From positions 33,170,001-33,234,000 of the forward strand of contig OZ024743.1 in assembly GCA_964016885.1 (NCBI GenBank): a stretch of DNA of 64,000 nucleotides, given 5' to 3'. This DNA comes from Eledone cirrhosa. Taxonomy: Eukaryota. The notes under the pieces were generated by a model. It was given only the letters and a program-made list of their open reading frames with translations, ran no database searches and had not been told where the DNA came from. The translations under genes and the position numbers were made by a program. Shown here piece by piece: positions 43,910-58,150 of this stretch (positions are counted from its first letter, which is position 1; each line of letters starts with the position of its first letter).

Positions 43910-44847
43910 GTAAGCGCAAGGTCATAACAAGTCATATCACATAAACAACCACCATTATTCTTATTATATTCATCAGAATGTTCTTAATAGATTCATCTAA
44001 ACTAATTCTTCTTCAGTCATACAATTCTCAGAATCCCAACCAGCTTCAGTATACTACTATTGTTGTGGCCTATGCATAAATATCAATGCAGAATATTCTA
44101 TAACCAAAAATATCAAAGTAATTAAAACAAATTCCAATATTTAAGAATATCTAGGAAATATCCCACCTGTTATGTATGGTTTCATAGAACTTTTTCTTTC
44201 ATTTTTACTCTATGAAAGACTCATGATTTTGATGAAACTGTTCATTTAGAATATCTCTATAGTACAGAATGTAAATATATTTTTGCATTAATAGAGATTA
44301 ATACTCAAAACACAAAAGTCATAAATCATTCACTTGATTTAAGTGTTTTTCCAATCCAAATTGTTAATCAATGTAGAAGATTTAGTGTAGATTTTATTTG
44401 TGACTTTAAGGAATATCATTCTATACCAAGTAGCCATTACATTTTCAATGTTCATTGAATTGACCCTTTCTGCTGATGGTTGTCCTAAGTATTGATTTTT
44501 GTTGGGCCTAAAGTCAATATTTTCTTTCCATTGTTGATCTTCTGTGGTTCATTGATAAATTTTATTGCCTATTCTTCTTGTTAGTATGTTAGTATTATCA
44601 TGTGCTGAGCTCATGAGCTGATTACAAATTATGGTTCTGCATTTAAATATATATCCATTTATCCACATATAAGAAATTTGCATGCATTTGATTGATTATA
44701 CATTAATTCTTCAAGTCATAATTGTAACAATAGAAACTATAAACTAGTATGGAGCATGTAAAATAGCTTTATATATATATAAAAGATTGTAGTGCTGTAG
44801 TTTGCTTGAAGAAAATCTCTCTCTCTTTCTCTCTCTCTCATATATAT

Positions 44848-44889
<42 letters not shown>

Positions 44890-45002
44890 AATACTGTAGT
44901 TTGCTTGGATAATGTTAATATATATAAGAATGTTGTAGTTTGCTTAAAGAGTATATATGTGTGTGTGCATGCCTGCACAACATATACACACACACGCATA
45001 TG

Positions 45003-45071
<69 letters not shown>

Positions 45072-45775
45072 GGCATATGTATGGTGCTCATATACAGAAA
45101 TTATAAGGAAATCACATGTGCAATTAACTATGTGAAATGTTGAGGACATCAATTATAATTAAAGATTTATTCTTTATAACATTAGTAAAAACAATTCAGC
45201 AACATAGAATTTGCATGCAATAGTTTATTACTGAAGTCGTTTGTTGTTTTCTTGTTTTGTATTTATTTCATGCAATCCATCCATTTCATATTTTCTTCAA
45301 CTATAAAATGAAAAACGGAATATATTCACTAAAACAGATAACTTTGATTTTTTTTAACCATTTCGTTATCATATTTTTAATAAAAAACACTGCCTATGAT
45401 TTTCAAATCATTTTGAAAACAATTAAGATATTTGAGGGATTTTGTAATATATTTTCTCATTATTAAACTAAAGTTTGAATCATTATTTTAAAAAATTCTT
45501 ACATAAAATTATGATAAAAATATGAACTCTATAACCCTTCTGATACCAAACAGTCTGAAACTTTTCTTAGTTCTAATATACATAACTGTTTATTTTAAAA
45601 TGTTTATCCTCATCATCACCCACACCATTTTCTACCATTTTCTAAAATCCTTCCATCATAATTTTATGTAAAAACTTTACATAATGTTCCAAGCACAAGT
45701 TTAATAAAGAGAGTTAGTTATATTAATAAATCTCTCCAAATTCTTGATTTATTTTCAAGCATCTTATACATTAAC

Positions 45776-45985
45776 CCTTTAGTATTTAGACCAGCCATAT
45801 CCGGCCAGAATTCCCTCACCTCTTTCTGTTCAAACTGGCTGTAACTGACCACTCATACTGATGATAAGGTATTGCTCTCAAAATAAATGATATTAAAATC
45901 TCATAGATTCGATATTATGTGAGATAATTATATGAGGTAAAGCCTTTACCATGAAATATAATAATAAATATAGAGTAATGTAAAC
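45776..45985 (+). mobile_element. piggyBac-like MITE (family of 21709-21928), right end degraded
   Basis: TTAA-CCCTTTAGTATTTA left end and shared internal sequence. Confidence 0.75.
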
Positions 45986-47165
45986 ACACACACACATATA
46001 TATATGCACCTCAGTATTATGCAATACTGCAATACCACCTTCATGTGCGAAATTGCATTCTGTTGGCTGAAGAGGAAGGTGAATGCTTTTGTTCATTTGT
46101 TCCATGCATTTCTTTTTTTTTTTTTCATTTTCTACATTGCTATATATATATATATATTCATAGAAATAGCAGCCAAATCACACAGAATAGACACTATCAC
46201 CTATTAAATAATGTGTTTTTCAGAGATTTTTTTAAAACAATTATAATAAAAATTGTACATCAATATATCTCGCTATCCATCTACCTGCCTACCTATCAAT
46301 CTATCTATGTCTACTTAACTATTTATCAATCTACATATTTGTATATCTATCTCCTGATGTATATTTACCAATGTATCTATCTTTGGAGAAGAACAACAAA
46401 ACCCAAATCTTAATAGCAGTCTGAAAATATAAAGATAGGTAAAAGGACAGATAGATGGTTACATAGGTAGAACAAAGTCATCGTTATTTAGGGAACATGT
46501 TTGATAGTAAATAATGAAAATTATTGTAATTGATTAAAATGAATATAAAATGGAATACTGTGATGGCCGAATGAAGATTGTCAAGGAAAATCACAATTTC
46601 AAGTAACTTTACATAGAATATTATAATCAGGGAGGTACTAAATTAAATATTTTTTACTATAAACCCCATCATTTTTGACAGGTACTATGTTAGTGTATAT
46701 ATATATATGTGTGTGTGTGTGTGTAGATATATATACACACACATACACATACATGTATGGACATACATATAAATACACATATACAACAAGCTTTGCACAG
46801 CTTACATTTACCAATTTTATTCACAAGACATTGATTGACCCAAGGCTATAGAAGACACTTGCCCAGTGTGTCACACAGTTGGAGAGAACCCAAGATAATA
46901 TACATATGAATATACACCTTTATTATAAATATATGTATGTAATAAAGTTGTATATGGATACCTATCCAATAGGTTTATATATAATAAACATTCATATAGT
47001 CTTGCTGAGAATATTTAAAGTTATGATCATATCACAGCTACACCAGTACGATTACATCTTCAGATATTCACAGCAAGACTTTATATATATATATATTTAC
47101 CATACATAAACATATATATGGATGCATATAGTCCTTTATTCTGAATCACAATAATATATATATAA

Positions 47166-47317
47166 GGAAAAGTGAATGGCTTAGTGGTTAGAGCATTGGG
47201 CTTGCAATCAAAAGGTTGTGAGTTCAATTCTCGGACCGGGTGATGTGTTGTTTCCTTGAGCAAGACACTTTATTTCACGTTGCTCCAGTTTACTCAGCTG
47301 TAGAAATGAGTTGATAG
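47166..47317 (+). mobile_element. CORE-like SINE, head and core only
   Basis: Matches 42861-43010. Confidence 0.85.
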
Positions 47318-47460
47318 GTCCATATCATTAAATCACTCAAGACACCTCCAGCGAGATATACCTTGGAGGAGGCCAGCTAAACCTGCATAGTTGTGAGCTG
47401 TAACAGCAACAACATATATAAGGAAAGTAGATATTAAAACAACAATGATGATAATGATGA

Positions 47461-48362
47461 TCTATATATATAAAACTGAGGATGTCTGTCTGTGTGTGAG
47501 TGAGTTTGAATCCCTAAAACTCGAGAAGCACCCAACCGACTGTTTTCAAACTTTACACATGTAATACTTGTGTTTCAGGGAGTGTTCTGAGCAAAAACAA
47601 ATTCAAATTTCCAGTGCCCTAGGGACCGCATTAGGCGTTTTAGCGATCTCTCTATATAATTCTTAGTCTTTCTCTTTTTAGATAGATACATACATATAAC
47701 GTTGCGCCCTTATAATATATGTCTGAATGTCTAGCTGTCTGCATTACATCACTTCCCTGAGGATGTCTGTGTGTGTGAGTTTGAATCCCTAAAACTCGAG
47801 AACTACCCAACCGACTTTTTTCAAACTTTACATGTGTAATATTTATGTTTCAGGGAGTGTTATGCACATAAAATTCAACTTTTTTATCCCATAGGGCCCG
47901 CATTAGGTGAAAAACTGCGTTTTTTCAGGTTTTTAGGGGTTTTCGAGGCGTTACGTCAGACTGATTTCCTTGAAATTGTAACTATGTATTAGTCAGCCTC
48001 TTCTTCATACCATGAGCAAAGAAAATCCAACTTTTTTATGGCCTTAGGTGAAAAACTTCATTTTTTTCAGCTTTTTAGGGCTATTTTGAGGCGTTACATC
48101 TAGCCGATTTTCCCAAAATTTCAAGGCATATTATGCACATAAAAGAAAATCATTTTCTTGATCCCCTAAGGCCCGCATTAGGTGAAAATCTACATTTTTT
48201 CCTGGTTCATTGAGGAAAATCTTAAAGATTATCCAGCCATCAGAGTATTCGGTTTATTTTCTTTACATATTGTCCAGGCATGCAGTTTTTCCACGATTAG
48301 GTCTGTTGGAGGCCCGCGTTCCAAAATACCTTATCCCATGCAACGCCGGGTACCACTGCTAG
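47461..48362 (+). mobile_element. Non-autonomous Helitron
   Basis: A|TCTATATATATAAAA 5' end; 3' CCCATGCAACGCCGGG hairpin-like motif then CTAG|T; internal ~150-bp direct repeat (from ~47476 and ~47757). Confidence 0.85.
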
Positions 48363-48634
48363 TATGTAATATAGTCTGTGCATGTGTGTGGCAAAACTGG
48401 GTCATACATAAGCCCATCTATTTTGATATGAGTTTTGATTAAGTACTGACTTAGTCTATGATCACACATCCAACCCATGCCAGCATGGAAAGATGGATGT
48501 CAAATTATGATGACTATGTATTGATATAAATATATTCAAATGTGTATGCATGCATGTATGTGTGTGTGAATACATATATATATATATATATATATATAGA
48601 CAGTTCTTTTTCCTATTCTTTCATTGTTTAACAT

Positions 48635-48668
<34 letters not shown>

Positions 48669-48729
48669 CATGTATGTGTGTGTATATATACATTAAATAT
48701 GTTACCAAACACTGTTAGTTATATCATAA

Positions 48730-48775
48730 TTTAATTTACATATGTTTCATCCTCCTGGGACTTGTCAGAATTAAA
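48730..48775 (-). ncRNA. Minimal hammerhead ribozyme, probably inactivated (G8A)
   Basis: Minus strand: TTTAATT-CTGACAA-GTCC CAGGA GGAT-GAAA-CATATG-TA-AATTAAA. Confidence 0.7.
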
Positions 48776-48831
48776 ACAAGATATAAGTACCTCGTCTAAA
48801 GACAAAACATACTAGAGAATGTTTTGTTTAC

Positions 48832-49020
48832 AGCGGTGAATTGGCAGTATCGGTAGAGAGTCGGACACCATGCTTTCTAGCATAGTTACGTCCCTTTACA
48901 GTCTGAGTTCAAATCTCGTCGAGGTTAACTTTGCCTTTCATCCTTACAGGGTTGATAAAATAAAGTACCAGTAATGTGCTGGGTAATTGCTGGCCTTGTG
49001 CCAAATGTAGAAGCAATTAT
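48832..49020 (+). mobile_element. tRNA-derived SINE, Nin/Deu-domain-like
   Basis: Near-copy of 23696-23882. Confidence 0.88.
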
Positions 49021-49584
49021 ATATATGTATATAAATGAGTGAATAAGTTATTGTTTTATGCCCCGATTTCCATGCTTGATGGATTGGATGAAACCAGAGC
49101 TTATGTGGCCTTCATAAGCATTCAGCAAATAATAGAACAAGAAGGAGGCTAGTCCATCACAGAGATGATCCCCAGCTGTCACTGATAATCATGCTTTGCT
49201 GCATGAACTGGAGCAACATGAAATGAAGTGCCTTGCTCAAGGACATGCACACACACACACACATGCAGCCACACACACACGCACACACCAATATGTATAG
49301 TATGTATAATTTATATGTAGATGAACAATTAATAAATGTAATTATTGATTGTTCATGACAATAATTGTGTTAGTCATAAACAGGTCTTAAAGACATATTT
49401 AAATTAAGATATCTAATGATGAAATCTAATTATGGAATGCCAATATACTGTTTGAGCATCCAATGGATTATTTAATATTTTCCAATATCTAAATATATTA
49501 TTTCTTTTGAGAAGCCGGATCCAGCCTGTGAAAGAGATCTCTCTCTTTACCACCCCCCACCCCCCTCATATATATCTATCTATC

Positions 49585-50873
49585 TAGAGTGGGTAAAATT
49601 TCTGAGATCCATGGATGAGTTCTCTCCAGCGGTCTCTGTCCCTCATTATCGCTACCATGTCCTGCGTCTCCAAGATACCAATGGCTGTCCATAGGGCATC
49701 AACATGTGTTAACCTCGGTCTTCCTTTTCCAGTGTGGCCATGCAGGGGCTCCCACAAGAGCATTGAGTGCAGTGTCAACTTGGACACTGACCAAGAACTC
49801 ACTCAGATGGTGGATGGGTGCTACATGAGAATGCTCATATATATGTCTATATATATATGAATGCTCATATATATATAGACACTTGCCCAGGGTGCCACTC
49901 AGTAAGTTTGAACCACCATATGGTTAGTGTCAGTTCTCTCTTCAGTTCATGTATCTGAAGGTAACTCTTGAGACCAGCAAGAGACAAACTCTTCTGTATG
50001 TATTACACAAATACTGAATAATGTCAAAATGTTGAATATCTTGCTCTCCTTTTCAAACAAAGTGTTTATACACTGCATACAGTGGAGGATTTGTTTTCAA
50101 ATTTGTGAACATCCTAGTTATGCTTTTTCTTCAACTTTCCTTATTCTTTGCAAAACAATTCCAATCACCCAGAAAGAATTTGCACTTTCTTAAGCAATCA
50201 CTATACCTGAACTTTTATATTTACCATCCTGTAGTTCTCCATAGAGCATATGCTTTGGAAGACTTTTTATGATGAAAGATTCAATACTCAACAGCCCATA
50301 TCTTATCTTTGTGTCATGTTAGAAGATGATTCTATATAAATCTATGAATGATTTACTTTCCCTTTTTTTGTGTTAATAAATATTGTCTTTTACTTTTCTC
50401 TTGCTTTTTTTTCTATTTGAATATATTTTGCCAGTTTCTCATTGATGTTTTTGTATTTTCTTCTACATCAATATAATCTTCCGTTTCTATAAGAGGTCAT
50501 TCATACTTTTGGATTTATCAAATGACTTAATGCTGGTTAATTTACTTTTGCCTTTGTTCCTTATCCATGCAGTTTCTCTAAATCTGATAATGTCTTATTA
50601 TTTTGAGAAATGTATGATTTTTGTGAAGCTCTTCCACCACAATATTACTTTATTGCCAGAGTTTTGTGATTCAAAATAGTGGCTGTGATATATAGATAGT
50701 AGAGGAAGACCATGAAAAACATGGGCGGAGGTGGTGAGAGCAGACCTCAAATCACTGAAGCTCATGGTGGAGATGATGAAGGACCATGACAAGTGGAGAG
50801 ATGCTGTGCTGAATAGGACCCTTCCCACCCTTGCAAGCAGGGAAAAGCGGATGTAAAATGATGATGATGATGA
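49585..50873. mobile_element. Cluster of old RTE LINE fragments
   Basis: Minus peptides MLLWEPLHGHTGKGRPRLT (49584-49802) and LPKHMLYGELQDGK (~50220-50265); plus-strand RGRP.KTW..WRDAV followed by a (GAT)n tail (50700-50873). Confidence 0.7.
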
Positions 50874-53522
50874 TATATATATATTTCAAAGCAGTTATCA
50901 TCAATTATAATTCATCTCTTTAACCATCAAATACTATTAGCTGAGAAGGTCTGCATTATTTTATATGATTATTCTTACTGACACAAAATAAAATACTTTT
51001 GGGGGTAAAGTTACACTTTATTTGATTTATATCCACTACATCCTTGGTTTCTATTGTATCAACTACAATGGAGTAGAAAACAAAATTAACTTAGAAATGA
51101 CATAGAGGGATGAAACTAAATACTGTTTCAACTAATCTCTTTTGTTTCCTTCCACAATTCTTCAAGCTTATAATTGACAAGAATATTGTTATAAATCGTT
51201 AAGCTGCATATTTATTTAAATTAGATAAATTCTTTGTATTTTGTTCTTTTTACTTTCATTCTGTTGCAAGGTGGGTAGCAGAATAATTACTTGTACTTTT
51301 AATTTCTCTCTTTCTCAGTGGGGCTGTTTGAAATTTCACTCAGAAACCATTCGTGTTAAATTAATGAATATATGAAGGTTTCATGTTGCTTGTTTTGGTG
51401 TTGTCTACGGCCTTTACTTATCCCATTTAATGCAAGATGAATGGTTCCCATTAACGAGACCCCCTACCTGTAAAAAGAATCCAGTTAATATCTAAATTTG
51501 CATTACTATTCAACCCATACTAGCATATAAATCATAAACGTGGGCTTGAAGCAAATCAAAAGACTATTCAGTTATGGACAAAAGATTGGTTTTATATATC
51601 CAATTACTTCACTTATTCTTCAGTAGATCTTTAAGAATAACTCCGCCAACTGATAATATAGCTGATACATTTCATTGAGCAACTACATCCATATATCTTT
51701 ATTCTCACTGCCCTATTAATGCTTCACTTGCTTCAGAAAAATGTGATAATATGCCTTGTTCTCATCTTTCACCTTTCCTATTCTCTTGAATATTCGATCA
51801 AATGTTTTTATCTTTTTCAATGATGGAATAATTTCAACAGATTCTGGATTTCATATATTTACATGATATTAGAGCAGCTGTTTTTTTCCAGTTGGCAGCA
51901 CTCTTTAATGTTAGATACTTAACTCTAAAATCTGAGTGATGAGTAGTTGTTATTTTTCTGAAACTGTGTCTGCAATGAAGTTTAGATTTGTAACTGTTCG
52001 TAGGTAGGAACTCTTTAAAACAGATGATTTTGTTTCACAGAATAAGAAGTGGTTTTGTGTGGGTTAGTATTAAAATAGTTAAATCATTGAATATTTTAAG
52101 TAGGGAGCTAGATACTATGTCTATCAAAGATGTATGTTAAAAATAAAAGAATTCTGTAAATTTTATAGACTCTATAAGTACATATATATACATGCACTCA
52201 ATATTTCATCTTCTAAACATTGTCCATTTGTTTATGTATTACTAAGTGTTTTGAAGATGAAATTTATTTTTTGCTCGCATAAAATCACAGGTGTAACATT
52301 TAAATGAATGAAAGAAGTATTTGAGTATAAATAAACTTTGGCACAAATCTGTTTGGATAATGATTGTCAGAAAAATATCATTCTAAGAAGAGAAGCTAAT
52401 TCAAAGTAATTTGGAAGAAGATATATTCCCTGGAAATATTCCAGAGGGAATAATTACTAAAATGGACATATGCTGCAAATGAGAGGAAAGAAATGTCCTT
52501 AAAACGAGAGATCTTGTTATAACTTACAACTTTGCCAACATTGATTCAAAGCAGTAGATATCCATCACTATCCAAGTTGACAAATTTGGTGTGAGGTGGA
52601 GTTAGTTTTAGTTGGAATCATCTCAAATATCTAAAGTTATTGAATTTTCTCACTTTATTTTTTATTTACTTCTTCCCTCACCATTTTTATGCTGAATCCC
52701 TTTTACTACTGACATGGAATTTAGTGATTAAAACAGAAGAGAAAAAGTCCCAATGGATCTTCAATGTGATAGTAGTAAATATATTATGTATTACATATGG
52801 ATTTTTAAAAAATGTCATGGTTATACCAACTCTGCCATTTATCTGCTGCATGTTTGAGAAGTAGAAGCAATGAGCTTCTCATTAAGGTTTATATGAAGCA
52901 TTTCATTAGTCAATTTGACTCAGTAATATTCTTTTAGTAGTTTCAGTCATTAGATAGCGACCATGCTAGGAGATTTGGTTGATTATATCAACCCCAGCAC
53001 TTATATTATTCAAGTCTGCTACTTGCTTTATCATTTTTTTCTTGTTAAACTGCCAAGTTACAGATCATAAACAAATAATAAATGTAAGCTCAGAAGTGGA
53101 CTCACACACACAGACACACGCACATGGTAGACTTCTACACAGTTTCCTTCTACTAAATTTCCCTGACAAGACATTGGTCAATATAAATAATAAAGGATTA
53201 AATATTCCTTAATATTGACAAATATAGACGAGATTACAGGTGTAGTAGTTATGAGATTTATGATGAAGATGTTATTGTTGAGCAGAAATCATCCATAGTC
53301 ACCTTGTCTTCAGAGTCATAGTTTATCTTGGAAGATATTATCCATTATGTCCTTTCTCTTTTAAACCCTTTCATTACCATATTTCTAATAAAAGTGCTGC
53401 CCATTATTTTCCTATGATTTGGAAAATAATCAAGAATTTGAAGAGATTTAGTAATATAAGTTATATGTATGGATCCCTAATTCCTGATGGAGACATTGAG
53501 GCATTATTATGATATACATACT

Positions 53523-53715
53523 AGGGCAGTGAATTAGCAGTATCGGTAGAGGGTTGGACGCCATGCTTTCTAGCATAGGTACGGCCATTTATGGTCTGAG
53601 TTCAAATCCCGTCGACATTAACTTTGCCTTTCATCCTTACGGGGTCGATAAAATAAATTACCAGTAATGTACTGGGTAATTGCTGGCCTTGTGACAAAAT
53701 TAGAAACAATTATTA
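53523..53715 (+). mobile_element. tRNA-derived SINE, Nin/Deu-domain-like
   Basis: Near-copy of 23696-23882; flanking ATTATTATGA(T/G)ATACAT repeat resembles a TSD. Confidence 0.88.
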
Positions 53716-54696
53716 TGAGATACATCTTTGATATTTCAAACATTGTGGAGCCCATCCCTCTACAGATCTCAACATTGTTGATTTCTTACAGAGAAGGAGT
53801 TTAAGAGGAAGAGAGTGACAAAAATACTATCTGCTGGTTGTGGTTGCAACATTCTGGCAGATGCATCACCATTTTTCTGGTGACTGGAAGTTCGATTTGA
53901 ACTAAAAATGTACAAAACCAGAGCAGGTGCCACAAAGCATCCTATCTGGCTCTTTAAAAATTAAGCCAGTCCACTGTCCCTAAACAGGTATTTTGTTTAT
54001 TGACTTTGAAAGGATGAAAAGCAAAATTGACCTTGACAAATTTTGAAATTAGAATGCTAAGTGGTGTCAGAACAAATACTAAAGCATTTAATCCAACATG
54101 ACTGACAATTTACAATCTTAGAGTTAGATAGAAATAGAGGTATATTTTTTAGCTGGAACATTTTAAAATTTGCCACAAGCTCCCTCTAGCTATTTAGTTA
54201 ATAATCACCCACTTTAATTCTGTTGTGCTATATATATATATATATATATATATATAGCGAGAGAGAGATTGCTTTGTTTGCTCTTCATGATATCACATAA
54301 AGATAGGTTCAGTAATCTATAAGTTTTAAAATTATAGACTTTTTCATTACTTTTACAACCCCATGTAGATTCATAACTGTTTAGTATGCATTGTATAAAG
54401 ATTCATATACCTGCAGACAAATAATTTTTTCAGATTTTAGCAGCATGAGTCTGATGCAAAGAAGTCGGAGGTGTAACAAATTGTGTATTTCACTCATAAT
54501 TTACATATATTTATAGAGGATATCATATTTATAAGTATATTCTATGAAGGTAATTTTAACATATTGCCCAAAACCAGATACCTAAATGCAGTAATTCATT
54601 GCATATTAATACATTCATCTCATATATATATGTATATATATTTATATATATACATATATGTATATATATATGTGTATATATATACACATATATATA

Positions 54697-54763
<67 letters not shown>

Positions 54764-54766
<3 letters not shown>

Positions 54767-54863
54767 AGCAAGATAATCACTCTTGCTTCAAGTGGGAAAA
54801 CCCCCGTCCAAACCCATGCAAGTGTGGAACACGGACGTTAAACTTTGATGATGATGATGAAGA

Positions 54864-54868
<5 letters not shown>
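54764..54868 (+). mobile_element. RTE LINE extreme 3' end
   Basis: Matches 8857-8948, (GAT)n tail, inside (TA)n. Confidence 0.88.
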
Positions 54869-54905
<37 letters not shown>

Positions 54906-54909
<4 letters not shown>

Positions 54910-56105
54910 AAGCAGGGACTAGAAAGAAAGGGTCTCAAAGTCAACATGACAAAGACTAAGGTCCTTGTAAGTAGACGAGAAAACAGAACCCAGATCCCCT
55001 CAGGGAAATGGCCTTGCTCAGTATGTAGGAAAGGTGTAGGTAGGAACTCCATTCTCTGCCCCAAATGCAAACAATGGGTACACAAGAGATGTAGCGGGAT
55101 CTCAGGAAGCTTAATTAAGAATGTAGGATTCACATGCAGCAGCTGTGCTGAGACAGCAAACAGCAAACAGCCACAGGAAACAAGTACCACCAATCTCTGG
55201 GAGGGCCCTGTAGAAACAGTTGACAGCTTCTGCTACCTAGGTGACCGAATTAGCAACGGAGGTGGGTGTTTAGAAAGTGCAATAACTAGGGTAAGAACGG
55301 GATGGAAGAAGTTTAGGGAACTACTACCACTGCTAGCTGCAAAAGGCTTCTCCCTCAGAATGAAAGGCAGACTGTATGATGCGTGTATCCGAACAGCGAT
55401 GTTGCATGGTAGCGAGACCTGGGCGCTGAAGGTGGAAGACTTACGTAGATTAGAGAGAAACGAAGCCTGCATGCTCCGATGGATGTGTAACAATAATATA
55501 CGTGAACGACAAAGCATAAATGAATTGAGAGAGAGACTGAGCATAAGAGGAATCAAATGCTGTGTGCAGGAGAGGCGGTTGCGCTGGTATGGACATGTGA
55601 TGCGTATGAAGGATGATAGCTGCATAAAAAGGTGCAGAGCACTAGAAGTTGATGGAAACCGCGGAGTGGGGAGACCCAAGAGGACCTGGGATGAGGTGAT
55701 AAAAGCCGACCTTACCCAATTACACCTCTCAAAGACAATGACACACGACCGTGACTTCTGGCGTCACGCAGTAATACAGAGTACCCGACCTCCCATGGGT
55801 ACAAGCTGAAGCATATAGACAATATGCCCCCACGCCCCCCACCGCAAGGTGGTCGTGGAGGTGCCACGGACAAAAAGCACCCAGCCCACACTGTAAAGTG
55901 GACGTGTAGGCCCCACGGAAAAAAAGTACCCAGCACTCACTGTAAATGAGGTTGGTGTTAGGAAGGGCATCCAGCTGTAGAAACCAAGCCAAATCAGTTC
56001 CTGTATGAGCAAGGCATGGTCAGCCGACCAGACACTGCCCACAACAGGACAACCCGTCTAACCCATGCTAGCGTGGAAGAGCGGACGTAAAACGGTGATG
56101 ATGAT
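54906..56105 (+). mobile_element. 5'-truncated RTE LINE of a second subfamily (open frame to 55809)
   Basis: [21 protein letters not shown]4HC3 finger..[17 protein letters not shown]; diverged from the main family; own 3' UTR and (GAT)n tail; (TA)n flanks. Confidence 0.94.
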
Positions 56106-56194
<89 letters not shown>

Positions 56195-56224
56195 AGATCA
56201 AAAGATGGTTAAAGGAGTTCCATG

Positions 56225-56295
56225 TATTTTATTATGCGCATTTCAAAAACAAACATCATCATGCAATAATATTTGTGTTTTCATCAGATAAAACA
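56225..56295 (-). ncRNA. Type I hammerhead ribozyme
   Basis: Minus strand: TGTTTTAT-CTGATGA-AAACACAAATATTA..TGATGTTTGTTTTT-GAAA-TGCGCA-TA-ATAAAATA; 8-bp stem I, ~13-bp stem II, palindromic ATGCGCAT, AUA triplet. Confidence 0.82.
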
Positions 56296-56493
56296 GGAGA
56301 ACATGATATGAAGGCTAAAAAACACCTGTGGACAGTGCAGTTTTAAATCAACATATGAAAAGTGGTTTTAGATTGATGTGTGATATTGGGAAAAATATTT
56401 TATTTAGAGAGGGGGGGTGGAAAGGATGAAAAGGGAAGGAGATGAGATCCGATATCTGCATTGCTTTATTGTACTACAATAAAACTCACCTCC

Positions 56494-56532
<39 letters not shown>

Positions 56533-56537
56533 ATATC

Positions 56538-56562
<25 letters not shown>

Positions 56563-56569
<7 letters not shown>

Positions 56570-57265
56570 CAAATAACGAAACAAAATTAAATTTCGTTTC
56601 GTTTGTAACTCACTTTTGTATGACTGACGCTTAAACAATTAAGTTAAAAATGTACATCTACATATGCATACTGAAATACTAGTGTGTATATGAATACACA
56701 CACGTATACATATGTAGGTGTACAAAGTCTTTCACTGGTCGCTTTACAGTGAGCGGCCCAGCTATTCTGTATGTAAACACACAGACAAACCGGTTTTTAG
56801 AGTCATACTGGTTTTTCGGGGGAACACCTTCCCCCTATTCTCCAGAAAGCCAGACAAGGAATATTGAACTAGTTTCGTTGTTGTTACAACTCATCAGCAA
56901 TATTTACCTATCTACCGGCCTTTCTGGAGAATTGTAAAAGCACATATCGTTATATGCTTTTTCTATGAAAATTAGTAGTGGGCAGACTAATTTGCATAGA
57001 GTGTGAGTACGCACCGGTTCAGCGGAGACGATAAAAACAAATAACGAAACGAAATTAAATTTCGTTTCGTTTGTAACTCACTTTGGTATGACTGACGCTT
57101 AAACAATTAAGTTAAAAATGTACATCTACATATGCATACTGAAATACTAGTGTGTATATGAATACACACACGTATACATATGTAGGTGTACACCTACATA
57201 TGTATACGTGTGTGTCACACTAGTATTTCAGTATGCATATGTAGATGTACATTTTTAACTTAATT

Positions 57266-57270
<5 letters not shown>
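56563..57270 (-). mobile_element. Retrozyme/Penelope-pLTR-like non-coding element: 468-bp period partial tandem plus inverted end
   Basis: 162-bp direct repeats at 56563-56724 and 57031-57192; fold-back centred at 57189/57190 extending to 57270; internal hammerhead; (TA)n on both sides; no credible ORF. Confidence 0.8.
56860..56904 (-). ncRNA. Minimal type I hammerhead ribozyme (all core nucleotides canonical)
   Basis: Minus strand: AATATTG-CTGATGA-GTTGT AACA ACAAC-GAAA-CTAG-TT-CAATATT; perfect 7-bp stem I, 5-bp stem II, palindromic ACTAGT, GUU triplet. Confidence 0.9.
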
Positions 57271-57309
<39 letters not shown>

Positions 57310-57375
57310 GTTATTCCGGGTTGAATCGGAGGTAACCACAGTAAGTAAGGTACTCAATACATAGCAGAGTATAAC

Positions 57376-57960
<585 letters not shown>

Positions 57961-58150
57961 ATATATATACACATATATATGTACATACATATGTGTATAT
58001 ATATATATACATGTATATATATATCTATATATATATATATATATATACATATGTGTATATATATATACATATATATATATATACATATATATGTTTATAT
58101 ATGTATATATATATATACATATATTTATATATATATAGATATATATTTAT

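Noticed and set aside
46058-46190. CTGAAGA..GAAATAGCAGCCAA as a hammerhead
   Set aside because: No NUH triplet in register; more likely a piece of a dispersed repeat.
54434-54476. Possible third host exon (QHESDAKKSE)
   Set aside because: Ambiguous acceptor and weak donor (GTGTAA); not supportable without RNA data.
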